DNA of 64,000 bases from Octopus vulgaris (GCA_951406725.2 OX597819.1:8618001-8682000); one strand, 5' to 3'; positions 15,192-29,673 are shown, counted from the first letter of the stretch. Numbers and translations are program-made. The notes: generated by a model not told the origin, from the letters alone.

Positions 15192-15418
15192 CTTGCAGAT
15201 ATTTACTTAGGTAAATAGATGTGTGCACATTCTATGTATGTATGCATGTGTACTTACATACATATGAATACATGATATATTTAATATTTTTGACACTGAC
15301 TCATATTCGCTTGTGAGTGTAAACATGCATATATTATATTCATATGTATGTACGTACACATGCATGCATAAATAGAATGTGCACATACCTATCTACCTCC
15401 GTAAATATCTGCAAGCAT
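15189..15418. repeat. Inverted repeat, ~82-bp arms
   Basis: 15189-15270 is the imperfect reverse complement of 15337-15418; flanked by (CA)n on the left and (TG)n on the right. Confidence 0.85.
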
Positions 15419-15444
15419 ATATATGTGTGTGTGTGTATGTGTGT

Positions 15445-15475
<31 letters not shown>

Positions 15476-15623
15476 GAGAGTTGCTTGAGTTTCAACAAAT
15501 ATATTAATTACTCATAAGAATATGGCATTATATCTATGTCTTCTTCAAATTCTCTCTTCCCCTCCTACCCTTCCATGTATCCATACAGGTGTATATATGC
15601 TTTGCTTGTATAGATGCATTGTT

Positions 15624-15691
<68 letters not shown>

Positions 15692-15871
15692 ACTACTACT
15701 ACATACACACACGCATACATATAAATATATTCATATTTATATACATATATAAACGTGTTTATATGTGTGTATATATATTTCTACAAATATACATGTATGT
15801 ATATATGTATATGTATATATATACATAAAAATACATTTATATATATATATACAAGCATGTATATACACGTA

Positions 15872-15946
<75 letters not shown>

Positions 15947-16721
15947 CCTTTATAAACAAAACTACAAGGGAAACTACAACTACTTCAACATCCTAACGGT
16001 AGAGGGGGCATAGTCTTCTTCAAATTGTACTCTACTCTTTTCAAAGACAATTAAAACAATTTATATAATGCAACCATCGATTGTCAATATCTCAATAAAT
16101 GAAGAGACAGTCACGGCTGGAAAGCCTTTCTGTAATATGCCTAGTTGATAGGAGCTTAAATGGGGGTAAAATTGATATATGTTTCATTATGCTGTCTTCT
16201 TCACGCTGTTATCTGTAACCATGGTTACAACAAACTAAAAGAAGGAGCGCTTGAAATGTTATAAACTCTAAACCCCTTTTTTTATCAAGGATGTTAAATG
16301 TAGATCTAAGTGCATGCACTTGATCGCGTAGTAGCGTCATGGCTGCATGGACCCTTAAATAACAATGTCGGACCTATTCGAACACACAGTACAACGCCTC
16401 GAGCAAAGTGTCTTCGGCTATTTATATAACCATGAATGTATGCATGTGTGTATTTATATGAATACATATATATACATATGTCTGTAAAAGTTTAATATAC
16501 ATATTGTTGACGTCATAAGAAATTTATAAACTTTTGAGAGAATGTGAAATAATTCTTTGGAATTGCATATCTCGAAGCACATATGTAAAGTTATAAATAA
16601 CAGCACATGAATATTGGGTCAAAAAATAATTTCCGATACATACATATAACACATGTATATACACACACACGCACACACACAAATAGATGCCTACGCACCA
16701 TACATGCATAAATATACATGC

Positions 16722-16817
<96 letters not shown>

Positions 16818-16820
16818 ATA

Positions 16821-17243
16821 GGCGCGGGAGTGGCTGTGTGGTAAGTAGCTTGCTAACCAACCACATGGTTCCGGGTTCAGTCCCACTGCCTGGCATCTTG
16901 AGCAAGTGTCTTCTGCTATAGCCTCGGGTCGACCAATGCCTTCTGAGTGGATTCGGTAGACGGAAACTGAAAGAAGCCTGTCGTATATATGTGTATATAT
17001 ATATATGTGTGTGTTTGTGTGTGTGTGTGTTTGTGTGTCTGTGTTTGTCCCCCTAGCATTGCTTGACAACCGATGCTGGCGTGTTTCTGTCCCCGCAACT
17101 TAGCGGTTCGGCAAAAGAGACCGATAGAATAAATACTGGGCTTACAAAAGAATAAGTCCCGGGGTCGAGTTGCTCGATTAAAGACGGTGCTCCAGCACGG
17201 CCGCAGTCAAATGACTGAAACAAGTAAAAGAGTAAAAAAAGAG
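16821..17243 (+). mobile_element. SINE family B, full length
   Basis: Head GGCGCGGGAGTGGCTGTGTGGTAAG, B box GGTTCAGTCCC, CORE-like motif, AGTAAAAG-type tail. Confidence 0.93.
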
Positions 17244-17292
17244 TATATATATATATACATACAATATATATACATATACATCATATACATAC

Positions 17293-17339
<47 letters not shown>

Positions 17340-17997
17340 CGTATATATGTAGATACATGCATATATACATACACACATACATACATACACACATACATAC
17401 ATACATACATACATGTGCGGTCTGTTCGTGCCTGTTTGTGTGTATTTTCATCTAAGTTTACGGATATGGAGGTATGAATGTGTTTTACATGAACTCATGT
17501 AGTCATGTTCAGCTTCGCTTTAATACTACTGTCTGTTTCCATCTATGTTTACATTTACATTTTTATAGTGTATAGTCCCTAAAGCAGTTCACATTATACG
17601 AATATAACCACCCCTCACTCACACACACACACACAACACACGCATACATATATGTAAATGTCTATGTATGCCTGTACATTTGGTTGTACATATTCGTCTC
17701 GTCCTCATATATACGCATACAGTTCATTAGTCTTGTTTGCTATCTTTTATAACGCAATTTTAATGTATTTTTTTTCGTTTTGAATACATTTAATTTAATG
17801 TGTTATAATTTATCATTATTACTTTTCCCTTGTACAACCCACTCTGACTTCATGAAAATTCCTCTCAGTTTAACTCCTCCCACTTCCCAAAATATCTCAT
17901 ATATACACCTTCAAACCACAATTTCTTCTTACTGTCAGACGAGACGTGCAGCCGAAACCTTGAAGTCACACCGTATCTATGTTTAACCGTTGTACAA

Positions 17998-18038
<41 letters not shown>

Positions 18039-18172
18039 CATTTTATAATTAAGGGCTAAAGAAGGTTAATTCTAAAGCCAATACACTGATTTATCCACTT
18101 ATAATCCACTTGTTACAGGAAAATTGAACTGAAAGCGGGCAACTAACCTTTAGAAAATTTAAATTTCGTTAT

Positions 18173-18233
18173 CTCTATATTGAATCAATTTCGGAATTAA
18201 TCCCTATAAAGGATACATTCTTCTTCGGTAGAG
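18173..18233 (-). ncRNA. Type I hammerhead ribozyme motif (U4C core)
   Basis: Minus strand: CTCTA-CCGAAGA-stem II (GAAT/ATTC, ATCCT/GGGAT)-GAAA-TTGATTCAA-TA-TAGAG; 5-bp stem I, quasi-palindromic stem III, AUA site. Confidence 0.65.
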
Positions 18234-19192
18234 CTTTCGAGGGGATATAAATAAAATACTCACACGTGATCATGGAAAAAGCAGAAGCTAAAAACACAAC
18301 TACATTTAAGTACATCATTTATATCTAAAAATAAAAAATTCTTTGGTCAGTCTCAGAACAACGTGTTGACCTATCGCCGCTACATATTGTAATGGTTACT
18401 GGTCCCCTTGTAACAAGCAGTGACATACATGTATAGATAAATATGTAGATGTATATACATGCATTCATATGTATACATTTTTATGTATGTCAAGATATCT
18501 ATGTCGTTTGGCCGTCACTAATTTTCATTTCTATCTAGTGATCTCTCGAACAGTTTTGGATTAACGTTTGGAACTTCGGTTATGTATGAATTTCATTTTA
18601 TCCACTCAAATACTCACTCTCCTTGTACAGCTGAAATGTTCTGCTTATACATGTAATGTCTATAATGTGTATCTGTCCCCAGTTAGGTATGTACATACAG
18701 TTACGTATATTTGCTCTAATCTGTGAATGTGTGTTGTAAAGTACTGTACAACCCATGTATGTACCATGGCAAAATATATCATATTTTGTTAATTGCTTTA
18801 CGGCCTTTGGAGTTGCAAACAGACAAAAATAGTTCTGGGCCGCCTTACTTTTGGCCCAGAAGAACATTCAGCTAGTAAAGGTTGGAGCGAAAGCCGACAG
18901 CACAAGTGCCGGGCTTGTACTCATCACAGCTGAATAAAGTGGAGCAACGTGAAGTTAAATGCCATGATCAAGGAATCCACGCACCTTCCAACCTAGTAAT
19001 TGAACCCACAGCCATAGAATAACGAACCGGTCATCCCAAACCACTATGTCATACGTCTTCCAGGTAGATACGAGCGTCCTTGAACCGTTCCTTTAGACCT
19101 TTGGAAGAACTGATTCTCACAAAGAATGTCTGCTGGAGAAAAAAGAAAGAATGGAAGAACAGGGCATTATTACCATAATAGTTTGAGGCATC

Positions 19193-19385
19193 GAGCTGGC
19201 AGTTAACGTGCCGGGCAAAATGCTTCGTGGCATTTCGTCCATCTTCACGTTCTGAGTTCAAATTCCACCGAGGTCGACTTTGCCTTCCATCAAGTCGGAA
19301 TCGATATAAGAAATACCGGTCGAGTATTGGGATCGATGTGATCCCAGAAATTGCTGGCCTTGTACCAACAGTTAAAACCATTAAC
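19193..19385 (+). mobile_element. SINE family C, older subfamily with a different tail
   Basis: GAGTTCAAATTCCACCGAGGTCGACTTTGCC; tail GAAATTGCTGGCCTTGTACC; similar old copies near 25478 and 35768. Confidence 0.8.
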
Positions 19386-19394
19386 ACTACAATT

Positions 19395-19436
<42 letters not shown>

Positions 19437-20668
19437 AAGATGCTTATTGCTTTTTGGTTGTCTTGTATTAATCCTGATTACAACGTCTTTCATCACAGTT
19501 ATCTCAACTGTGTCCACCCGTTTTTGATTTATTTCTATTTATTTTTGTTGTATAACAAGGACTACTTTGTTCAACGGGACCTTTATTGAAAGCAATACTT
19601 TGGTTGTAATTTGAAGGAGATTTGGCTCCTATTTCTGTCAGATCGAGTACTGTCTAGATACTGTTAACAGAAGCAACACCTGTAGTAGTAGTAGTAGTAG
19701 GAGGAGGAGGAGGAGGAGGAAGAGGATTTCCAAACTTATACTCATTATTTTGGGAACAGATACAAGTTAGTATAAGTCAACGGAATAAAGTAATATTTAT
19801 AAAACCATGAAGATGCGCGACCTAGTGGTTAGGTGGTCAGACTCACAATCGTAAAGCTGTGAGTTTGATTCCAGGGTGTAGAGTGTTGTGTCCTTGAGCA
19901 ACGCATTTTATTCCATGTACCAGTCCCCCTCGGTTGGAAATGAAGTGCGTCTGTGTCGCCTAGCAAACTATTAAACCTAAAATCTTACAAAGAGAAGGTG
20001 CCAACGACTCTTGATGTTTACTGTATCCTGGATGTAGTATGGAGCTAACAGAGATGCTCTCTGCTCGAGATAGCAGCTAATTCTCTTTGAAAAATGTCTC
20101 TGATAAAAAAAAATGGACGGGATGGATACGGCTGCTACACCGTCGGCCAGGTTATATTTCTGCTCAATCAGGGTTTACTCACAGGTGAAAAAAAATAAAT
20201 AGTAATTCATCTCCCACCACCATTCATGTGGCAACGAAAGAGCTTCTACGCGGTCGCTTGATTAGCAAGAAAAAGCAACTAAGTATTACCCAAATTACAC
20301 TTCCACGTCCTTAATTTTTAGAAAAGGTTACGCTTGATGAGTTCCCTGGTTTCCTTGAACGTAGAAATAAAAAGAGGGGAGAGTCAAGGCTGGAATGTCT
20401 TTGATCATTGGTTTGCTTCAGAAGGACTAATGCAGGTATAAACAAGTAAAAATATCAGGCCCACCGCTACTACTGTCTTCACCAAAGAGGAGGGGGAGGG
20501 GAAGGGGGAGGGGGAACAAGTAGTAGTAAAAGAAGGAGAAAAAGAAGAAGAAGAAGAAGAAGAAGAAGGAGGAGGAGGAAGAGAAGATGGAAGAGAAGGT
20601 GGTGGTGGTGGTGGTAGAGGAGGAGGAGGTGGAGGAGGAAGAAGAAGAAGAAGAAGATCATCATTATA

Positions 20669-21160
20669 GGCACAGGCATGGATGTGTAGTAAGAAGCTTA
20701 CTAGATTACTTCCCAACCACATGAGTCTGGGTTCAGTTCCACTGCGCGGCGCTTTGCGCCAATGTCTTCTACTGCAGCCTTGGTCCGACGAAAGCCTTGT
20801 GAGTGGATTTGGTTGATGGAAACTGAAAGAAGCCTGTCGTATATATATGTGTGTGTATGCGTGAGTGTGTATGTGTTTTAGTGCCTGTGTTTGTTCCCCC
20901 ATCACCCTTTGACAACCGGTGTTTTTGTGATTACGTCCTTGTAATCTAGCAGTTCGAAAAGAGAGACTGATAGAATATAAGTCCTGGGGTCGATTTGTTT
21001 GGAGCTAACAGGGATGCTCTCTGCTCGAGATAGCAACTATGTGTTTTAGTGCCTGTGTTTGTTCCCCATCACCCTTTGACAACCGGTGTTTTTGTGATTA
21101 CGTCCTTGTAATCTAGCAGCATGGCCGCAGTCAAATGTCAAATAAATAAATGAATAAAAG
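20669..21160 (+). mobile_element. SINE family B with templated internal insertions
   Basis: Family B head and tail; 21000-21039 copies 20040-20079 and 21039-21119 copies 20871-20951. Confidence 0.85.
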
Positions 21161-21431
21161 ATTAAAGGAATTTCAGGGAGAAGACGACATCATTCCGTGT
21201 GGAATTTCAATTCTTTCTGTCAACTGCAATGTCTTGTCATTGCTTTTGATAACCTTATGTAAAAGGTAAGGCTGCTGTAAACGGAAACCTCTCTGCCGTC
21301 TCGGTTCGATTTCTGGTTAAATCTATATCCACAAATGGTTAAACCTATATCACAAATGATCTTAGTTAAGGTTTGAATGTTTTACATCTTGTCACCCGTA
21401 AAAAGAAACCAATATTGTTATTATTATTTTT

Positions 21432-21663
21432 AGGCGGCGAGCTGGCAGACACGTTAGCACGCCGGGCGTAATGCGTAGCCGTATTTCGTCTGCCGTTATG
21501 TTCTGAGTTCAAATTCCGCCGAGGTCGACTTTGCCTTTCATCCTTTCGGGGTCGATAAATTAAGTACCAGTTTCGCACTGGGTTCGATGTAATCGACTTA
21601 ATCCCTTTGTCTGTCCTTGTTTGTCCCCTCTGTGTTTAGCCCCTTGTGGGTAGTAAAGAAATA
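21432..21663 (+). mobile_element. SINE family C, full length
   Basis: AGGCGGCGAGCTGGCAGA head, B box GAGTTCAAATTCC, Nin-like core, tail TAGCCCCTTGTGGGTAGTAAAGAAATA; within a (TTA)n context. Confidence 0.93.
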
Positions 21664-21665
21664 AC

Positions 21666-21699
<34 letters not shown>

Positions 21700-21809
21700 A
21701 GCAGTTAGCAAATTCCACCGAGGTCAACTTTGCTTTTCATCCTTTCGTGAGTCGATAAAATAAGACTGCTGGCCTTGTGCCACAATTTAAAACCGCTACT
21801 AACAGCAGT

Positions 21810-22962
21810 TAGCGGTGGTTGCGATAAAGACCAAGTGTGGCAATAATGGTGGCAGTGGTTAATTATCATCTTGGTGATGGAGGTAGGAATTTTTGTAGCA
21901 GTAATGGTAGTAGTGGTAGTTACGGCAATGGGGGGCGGGGTATCAATAGCAGAGACGGTTGCAGTGACGGTTGCGGCTGTGGAGCTGTTAGTGACGGTGA
22001 TGGTATTGGTGGTTGTTGTTATCGATGTCTTAGAAGGAGTGACCGTTGCTGGAATTGTAATTGTGGGGGTGTTCGTAAGTGGTTGTGCGGGAAATGAGGT
22101 ATTTGTAGCTCAAATAGTGACAGTGATGGTAGTGATAGTGGTGAGAGTGGCCGGAGTGTTACAAAAACTGCTGGTAGTGCTGGTGGTTGTTGTTGTGGTG
22201 GTGACGGTCACATCAGGAGCGCTAATTGTAATGGTGGTAATCGTCGTAGAAGAGGTGTCAATAGTAGTGTTGGTTGCAGTGGCAGTAGTAGTACTGAAAG
22301 TGCTGCTAGAAGTATTGATATTAGTGATGGTAGCTCTCGGAGAAGTGGTGTTTAATACTAGTGACGATAGGTATAGTGAGGTGGAGGTTGTGATTGTGGA
22401 GGTGTTAGTATCGCTGAAGGCAGTAGTGGCTGTACTGTTAGTGACCAACACCTTAGTAACACCGTGACATTAGTTATAGAACCGTCGTAAACAGTAGAGT
22501 AGTTCTCAATAGCACTGGTACCATTCTTATGAGTGGTAATAGACGTTACAGCACAAGTGCTGGTAGTGGCTGTAATAGTTATGTTAATAGTCCTTTAAGA
22601 CGAATGATAATTATTTGGGAGTGGGACATCGATGCTGCAGTAATTATTGTCATCGTTGGTCTTTTGACTAAAGACAAGCCCGATTGAGCAATTTGTGATC
22701 AGGGATAACCCATCCATGACTATCACGCCTGAGTATTATTTCACCCAATGTGTCCTTTTTTAATTTTAAGATAAGTAAGGTATGATTTGAGGGAAATGTG
22801 GTTTAGTTTAGAGTAGATTTAAGTACGATTGGGCGAAGCTGAGCCTTTTGTTGTTGGTGTTGTTGCTATTGTTGTTGCTGTTGGTAGTGGTGGTGGTAGT
22901 GGTGGTGGTGGTGGTCGTCGTTGTTGTTGTCGTCGTCACCGTGGCAGTATGGCGGCTGCGGC

Positions 22963-22994
<32 letters not shown>

Positions 22995-25900
22995 GGATTG
23001 AGGAAGAATGTGGGGATTGGAGTTGTAGTAATCAAGCCCCAGATCAGTCTCAATCGTGAAGAACTATGACCCCAAACGCATCCCAGCCGTGACCATCCCA
23101 TCTTCCCCCTCCCTCCCCACCAATACGCGGAAAGCCCAGAACAACATCATCGACCGAGCCCTTTTCTTGATCAATTGGTGTGTATGTGTACGTTTATGTG
23201 TGTGAGCGAGTGATTTGAGGGATATGTGGCTATTATATCTAGCAGATAGAACGACTACAAAGTGACTCGTTGTAGATTCTATAGGAAGTATGGGTGGTAG
23301 TTGTGGTCATGGAAGTGACAGTCGCAGAACTGGTGGAAGGAGAATGTTGCTGCTAGTTTATATTAATAACGCAACAGTTGGTGTTTTAGCCCCCGGTCAG
23401 CTTCAAATGAGCAGACCTCTGAGCAGCAAAAAGTATTCCTGCCGTAATGATCCAGTTGTGGTGAACGTAGTGATGACGGTGACGCTGGTGTTAGTGCTTA
23501 TAGCAGAAGACGAACGATATTGGTAAATATTTGTAAGGGGTGGTGGCTGAGATGGGGAGGCAGCAGGGACCTTGGCGAGTGATCGTGGTGGTGGTGGTGG
23601 TGGTAGCAGTGGGGTCGTTTGCGACGACGATGATGAGGATGATTATGATGATGATCATCATCATCATCATGGTGGGTATAGTAAGAATTGCGATTGTGGT
23701 CAAGGAGAATTTGGGGGAATTTGGTAATCGTGCGAGAGTAGTAAAGGTGATGGAAGTGATTGTGGCAGCGATGGTAACGCTTGCAGGATGGTGACGGTGA
23801 TGGTGATGATGAAGGTGTTGGCGATGATGGTGTTAAGAGAGATAGAAGTAGTAGAAGTGGTTGTGGTGGTGGTGGTGTCGGTGGCGATGTTAGCGATGGA
23901 AGAAGGTTGCGACATGTGGTTGTTGTTGTTGTTATCATTATGGTTGTTTAACCCTAGGTAAGCTTTCACCGAGCAAGTCTATTATCAAAGAGTATACAAC
24001 CATGACTATCCCAACTTTATGTCTATCGAGGATGTCAATGGTTAATGAACTGTCATTTTCAAGTAGCTGGGTTTCGTGGTAGCTTAAACAACGGAATAGG
24101 GTACGTCATTGTAATGATACTGGAAGTGGTAATGATGGTGGTGTAGTGGTGGTGGTAGTGGTGGTGGTGGTGGTGGTGGTGATAGTATCAGTGCTAGTTG
24201 TGATAGCAATGAAGGTGATAGCTTGTTTCGTTGGCAGGGGCCCGAAGAGTTACTGATGGTGGTGGTTGTGGTGGTGATGGCTTCTGTTAATGGAGGTTGT
24301 GATTGTGACAACAGTGCTGGAGACGGTGGCTTTGTAGAGAACGTTTCTATGGCAGCTGGTTACCATTTCTGCATTAACTTCTGATCAAGTAGTCCTCTAA
24401 CAAAAACATGTTCACCTTGACCACATCGTCTAACCTTGACTATCTCATGATCCAATGTGTCCTTGGTTTTTTTTTTTAAATTTTTTTTTTCAAGTCAGTA
24501 GAGCGTTTGTTGAGAGAGACCTGACTGCTATTTCTAGTCTGTCAACTGAACTCAAAGAAGCCCTCTGTTAACTGATGAAGATACCTTGAAATGGTGATGA
24601 TGACGACATTACGTCCGTCTTTTTGAGCACTCAACTCCTGTCGTCTTTTAAGGGTGTTACCGCAACATGTAACGTATCTCAGGTATCTAAACCCTGCTCT
24701 GCCCATTCCACCCATAGACAGCAGTCTATTTCTTACAGAGAGAGAGGGGGGAGTGAGAGAGAGAGAGAAAGAGAGTGATGACAGAAAGAGAGAGACAGCG
24801 AGAGAAAAGTGAGACAGAGAGAGATACTGAGGGAGAAATACTGAAAGAGAGAGAGAGAGAGAGACTGAGAGATAGATAAGGATAGAGACAGAGAGAGAGA
24901 GAGAAGGGAAGAGAGCAAATAGACAGCAGTAAAAGTCGAAGTTGATCGAAGCAGGATTTGAACCCAGAGTGCTGAGAATCGAAACCAATACAGTAAGGTA
25001 TTTATCTGGAGCTGTCAACGCACCATCAGGATAGAACTGCTGGGGAATTTTGTGATATGTGGTGGTGGTGGTGGTGGTGGTGATGGTGGTGGTGGTGGTG
25101 CTAGAACTACTGGGTAACCTCGCAATAACTTGTGGTGGGGGTGGGTGATGATGATGATGATGATGGAGCGGATGGAGGTGGTGATAATGGTGGGGGTTGC
25201 GGTGATGAAAGAACAACGGGGGGAATCTTTTGATAATTTGTGATGATGTTGATACAACGTTGGCGGTTGTAATAGTGGTGATATTATTGTCCTTAAGAGT
25301 AAAATTATTGTCGGTGGTAGTGATGGTGGTGGTGGTGGTGGTGGTGATGGTGGTGGTGGTGGTGGTTGTGGTGGTGGTGACGGCAATGTCGGTGGCAGCA
25401 TTGATGAAACTGGTTCTGATAATAGTGATAACGGTGGAGATATAACGATGGTTGTGGTAATGGAAATATCATCGTTAAAGCGGCGAGCTAGTAGAATTGT
25501 TAGCACATCGGGCAAAGTATTTAACGGCATTTCGTTCGCCTGTCTTAATGTTCTGAGTTCGAATTCCGCCGAGGTCGACTTCGCTTTTCATTCTTTCGGA
25601 GTCAATGTAATTGAACTACCTCTGACCTAAAATTGCTGGCCTTGTGTCGTTGATGATTAAGCTCAGGTCAGCTCTAATCTATCATCATTCACATTCCAGC
25701 CGTGAACATCCCATCGTTTATACTGACAGTATGGCACAATTTAAAAGAAATTTGGCTGCTATTTGTAGTAGGTGAATATCTATGTGGAACACCTACTTTG
25801 GCTAGTAATACTGTCGTCAATGCTTTAGTTGTTTAAACCAAAGTCACGCTGATAGAAAGAGACTATATTTGAAGCCATTCAAGCTTAACTTCACGTTTCC

Positions 25901-26345
25901 CTTCCTAAAGCATCGAGATGTGATTTGACTGCTATTTCTATTTCTAGCAAGCAGGTCGAACGATAACCGACAGTTTCCTTATTTAGCCTGTTATTGTAGT
26001 TGTTATCGGTGGTGGTGGTGGTAGTGGTTGTGGTGGTGGTGGTGGTGGCGGTGGTTGTGGTGGTGGTTGTGTTGGTAATGGTGGTGGTGGTGGTTGCGGT
26101 GGTTGTGGTGGTGGTGGTGGTGGTGGTGTTGGTGGTGGTTGTGGTGGTGGTGGTGGTGGTGGTGGTGGTTGGTGGTGGTGGTGGTGGTGGTGGTGGTGGT
26201 GGGTGGTGGTGGTTGTGGTTGTGGTGGTGGTGGTGGTGGTGGTGGTGATGATGATGATAGTGGTGGTGGTGGTGGTGGTGGTGGTGGTGGTGGTGTGGCG
26301 GCGGCGGCGGTCGTCGTCTTCCTCGTGATATTCGTGCTGGTAGTG
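21810..26345. repeat. Degenerate (GGT/GTA/GAT)n low-complexity region interleaved with an old ~200-bp dispersed repeat
   Basis: Strand-biased G/T trinucleotide runs, near-pure (GGT)n at ~26007-26295; recurring GATTTGA..GAGATTTGGCTGCTATTTCTAG-like and CCAGCCGTGACCATCCC-like motifs. Confidence 0.85.
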
Positions 26346-27114
26346 TGCGTATGTGACGATTAGCGATCAAAAACGAACGAAAGGGTTACGAATGTTGGCG
26401 TCGTCATCTCTTTCACTGATATCACAGATTAGATTAGTTGAATAGGCGAAAGTCTCATGATGAAACCGAGAGGAATTTGACAATTTGCTACTGATCCAAT
26501 GCTCATCCAAACATCTGATCCAATCACCGATTGAACAGGTTGCTCTTTATCGAACACCATCGTATCGAAAGAAACCTGTATGGGTTCCGTTGCATGCGAA
26601 AAACTGTTTGCTCGCGTAAATATTTATTTACATAGTTATAAATAAACAAGCGGACCATAAATGAGCCTGTATGTGGAAATAGCAGCCAATTGCTTCTTAA
26701 ATCTTTCTCACGCTGCTCTCATATAAAGTAGTCCTGCATTATCCTAAAACGAGGAGATGGTCGTAGCTGGAATGGGTTTGATCAAGGTTGACTTTGGGCT
26801 AAACAACAGCAACAGATAATCACATATAACCAGATTTCAGTTCTCTCTCTCACACACACAAAACACACACACACACACACACACACACATGTTCGCTGTG
26901 TGTGTGTGTGTATGTGTGTGTGTGAGACAGAGAATGTGTGTGTGTGTGATGTGAAAGAGACAATGTAGCCGTGTATTCGTTTGTTATTCATCTCTCACTA
27001 TCTATTTATCTAACTACAAGTCCAAAAGTGAAAGTAAAAGCGTATATGTTTTTCAAATAGCATTCTTTTTTGCAATCCGCTGACTAAGTATGTATAACAG
27101 ACACATAATTACAC

Positions 27115-27151
<37 letters not shown>

Positions 27152-27548
27152 ACACACACACGCAAACACGCACGTGCTCGCACATACATACACACACATA
27201 TTGATGCCGTTGAGGCTGCGATTTGTTGTTTTGTTTTTTTTATTATTCCGTTTATAGTAGTGTTTTTCTATCTTTTGACGATCTACAAACCTGTCCACTC
27301 TATCTTAGTCTCTCCCTTAACACCAACACCACGAACACCACCGTCACCACCACCACCACTACAAAAAACAACAACAACACCTCTTTGCACACTTTTACAA
27401 CCTCCTCCACTCACCTTTTCTCACTCTCATTTTTTTTTTGGTTTCTTTCTCTCTCTCTCCACGCGTATGTGCGTGCGTTTATCTATGAATATCTCTAATC
27501 AAATATTCATTAACCGAGGTCGTACTCATTTGTACAGACTTGAAAAAA

Positions 27549-27588
27549 TACATACATACATGCATACATACATACATACATACATACA

Positions 27589-27622
<34 letters not shown>

Positions 27623-27992
27623 CATACATGCATACATACATGCATACATACATACATACATACATACATACATACATACATACATACATACATACATACA
27701 TACATACATACATAGACAAACACACACATACACACGCATATATATAGATACATACATGCATACATACATACATACATTACATGCATACATACATACATAC
27801 GTACATACATGCATACATTTATGCCTACATACATACATACATACATACATACATACATACATACATGCATGCATACATACATACATACATACATACATAC
27901 ATACATACATACATACATACATACATACATACATACATACATACATACATACATACATACATACATACATACATACATACATACATACATAC
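27549..27992. repeat. (TACA)n microsatellite array
   Basis: Direct reading; source of the YIHT/MYVC ORFs. Confidence 0.97.
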
Positions 27993-28102
27993 AAAGCACG
28001 TGTATTCATAATTGTTGCTTGTTAATTATTAATTTGGGTAACATGTTCTTTCAGAAATCCGTTTTCAAGTCCACGTGAAGCACGAGTGCATATACATATT
28101 CA

Positions 28103-28174
<72 letters not shown>

Positions 28175-28590
28175 CATATGCATATATATAAATGTGTGTG
28201 ACACATGTATACACACATACATTTATATATGTAAGCACACTCATGCACACACATATATATATGTGTGCGAGTGTATGTATGTATGTATGTATGTATGTAT
28301 GTATGTATGTATGTATGTATGTATGTGTGCATGTGTGAGTGTATGTGTGTATGTACGTACGTATGTATGTATGTATGCATGTATGGACGTGTGTGTTTGA
28401 GCTTATGTATATATTAGTATATATGTGTGAGTGTGTAAGAGTATTGAAAACATGTAAATAAAGTTTACGTTCAAAAAATTTTTTTTGCTAACCTGTTCTT
28501 TCATATTGTTGCGAGTTCCTTCATATTGTTGTCACCTGAACGTATGTACAGCGAGGCAAACTCGGATGAACGATGCCGTGAATCATCAGC

Positions 28591-28626
<36 letters not shown>

Positions 28627-28722
28627 ACATATATACATACCTACATAAATGCATACGGATACAGGTGTGTATGTAGAGAGTGGGGGAAGAAGATAGAGAA
28701 GAAATGACATTCGATGCAGTTG

Positions 28723-28772
<50 letters not shown>

Positions 28773-28776
<4 letters not shown>

Positions 28777-28893
28777 CTGGTCGCTTAGCCAGCGGGGTGG
28801 CGTCATTTGAAGGCTAAAACAATGCGAAGCGCATTGTGACCAGCGATGTGTAGCAACATCTGATAGCCTGGTCGGTCACGGTGATCACGGTGA
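28773..28893 (+). mobile_element. ~120-bp structured dispersed element (family E) in (TA)n
   Basis: Second copy on the opposite strand at 45273-45391 with the same TGGCCTG start; CAC(G)GTGA-type tandem tail suggests a retroposon 3' end. Confidence 0.7.
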
Positions 28894-28938
28894 TATATAT
28901 ATATATATGTGTGTGTGTGTGTATGTATATCTATCTTG

Positions 28939-28989
<51 letters not shown>

Positions 28990-29067
28990 CATACATATAT
29001 ATATATACATATACAAATTGTTAAAATCTTAATAATGTGTATTGTATATGTACTTATATATACATGC

Positions 29068-29121
<54 letters not shown>

Positions 29122-29614
29122 TGAATATTTATGCAAGTACTGCAATTAATGCGATTATATTTTAATGTAATTGAGTAACAATAAGACAACAATAGCAATA
29201 AAGTGTGCTGTTCAGAAAATAAAATGAAAAAAAAAACGAAACAATGCCAACAAGACAACAGCGACAGAGTGAATAAACTTATATAATGCTACCTACCATA
29301 GTTGTTGCATCGTCTACCTTGTGACTTGGACATCACACGCTCTCCGTATAACCCCTAAATGCTTCTTTCTTTCATTTCTCATCCTTTCTCTTCTCTCTGC
29401 GGGAAGAAGCGGAGGCAAATAAGTAGCAGCTGGAGGGCTTCTTGTTCGTCATTTATTGTTTTTCTTTGTTCTATTTTCTTTTTTCATTCTCTTTTCTTTC
29501 TTTTTTTTTGTTTTTTTGTTTTGTTTTTAGAGGTTTTGTTTCGTTTAGCGGGGGGTGTTTCAACGCCATGCCATTGTCGTCGTATCTCTCCGACCCTGTC
29601 CGATATAGTTCCGG

Positions 29615-29673
29615 TCAGTTTCGGTCCTGTCCGGCTTCGCTCAACTCCGACAATTCACTGCCGGTGTCGTCTG
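29615..29673 (-). CDS. Candidate terminal coding exon (DDTGSELSELSEAGQDRN*)
   Basis: T-rich tract then AAG/CAG tandem acceptor on the minus strand; short CpG-rich non-repetitive frame ending in TGA; AATAAA downstream (rc at 29452-29457). No homology recognised. Confidence 0.33.

Noticed and set aside
21871-22467. 198-aa Val-rich ORF and antisense Thr-rich mucin-like ORF
   Set aside because: Product of degenerate GTG/GTA repeats; no splice or domain evidence.
26380-26640. Unique-looking segment as a possible exon
   Set aside because: No convincing splice sites; frames are short and unrecognisable.
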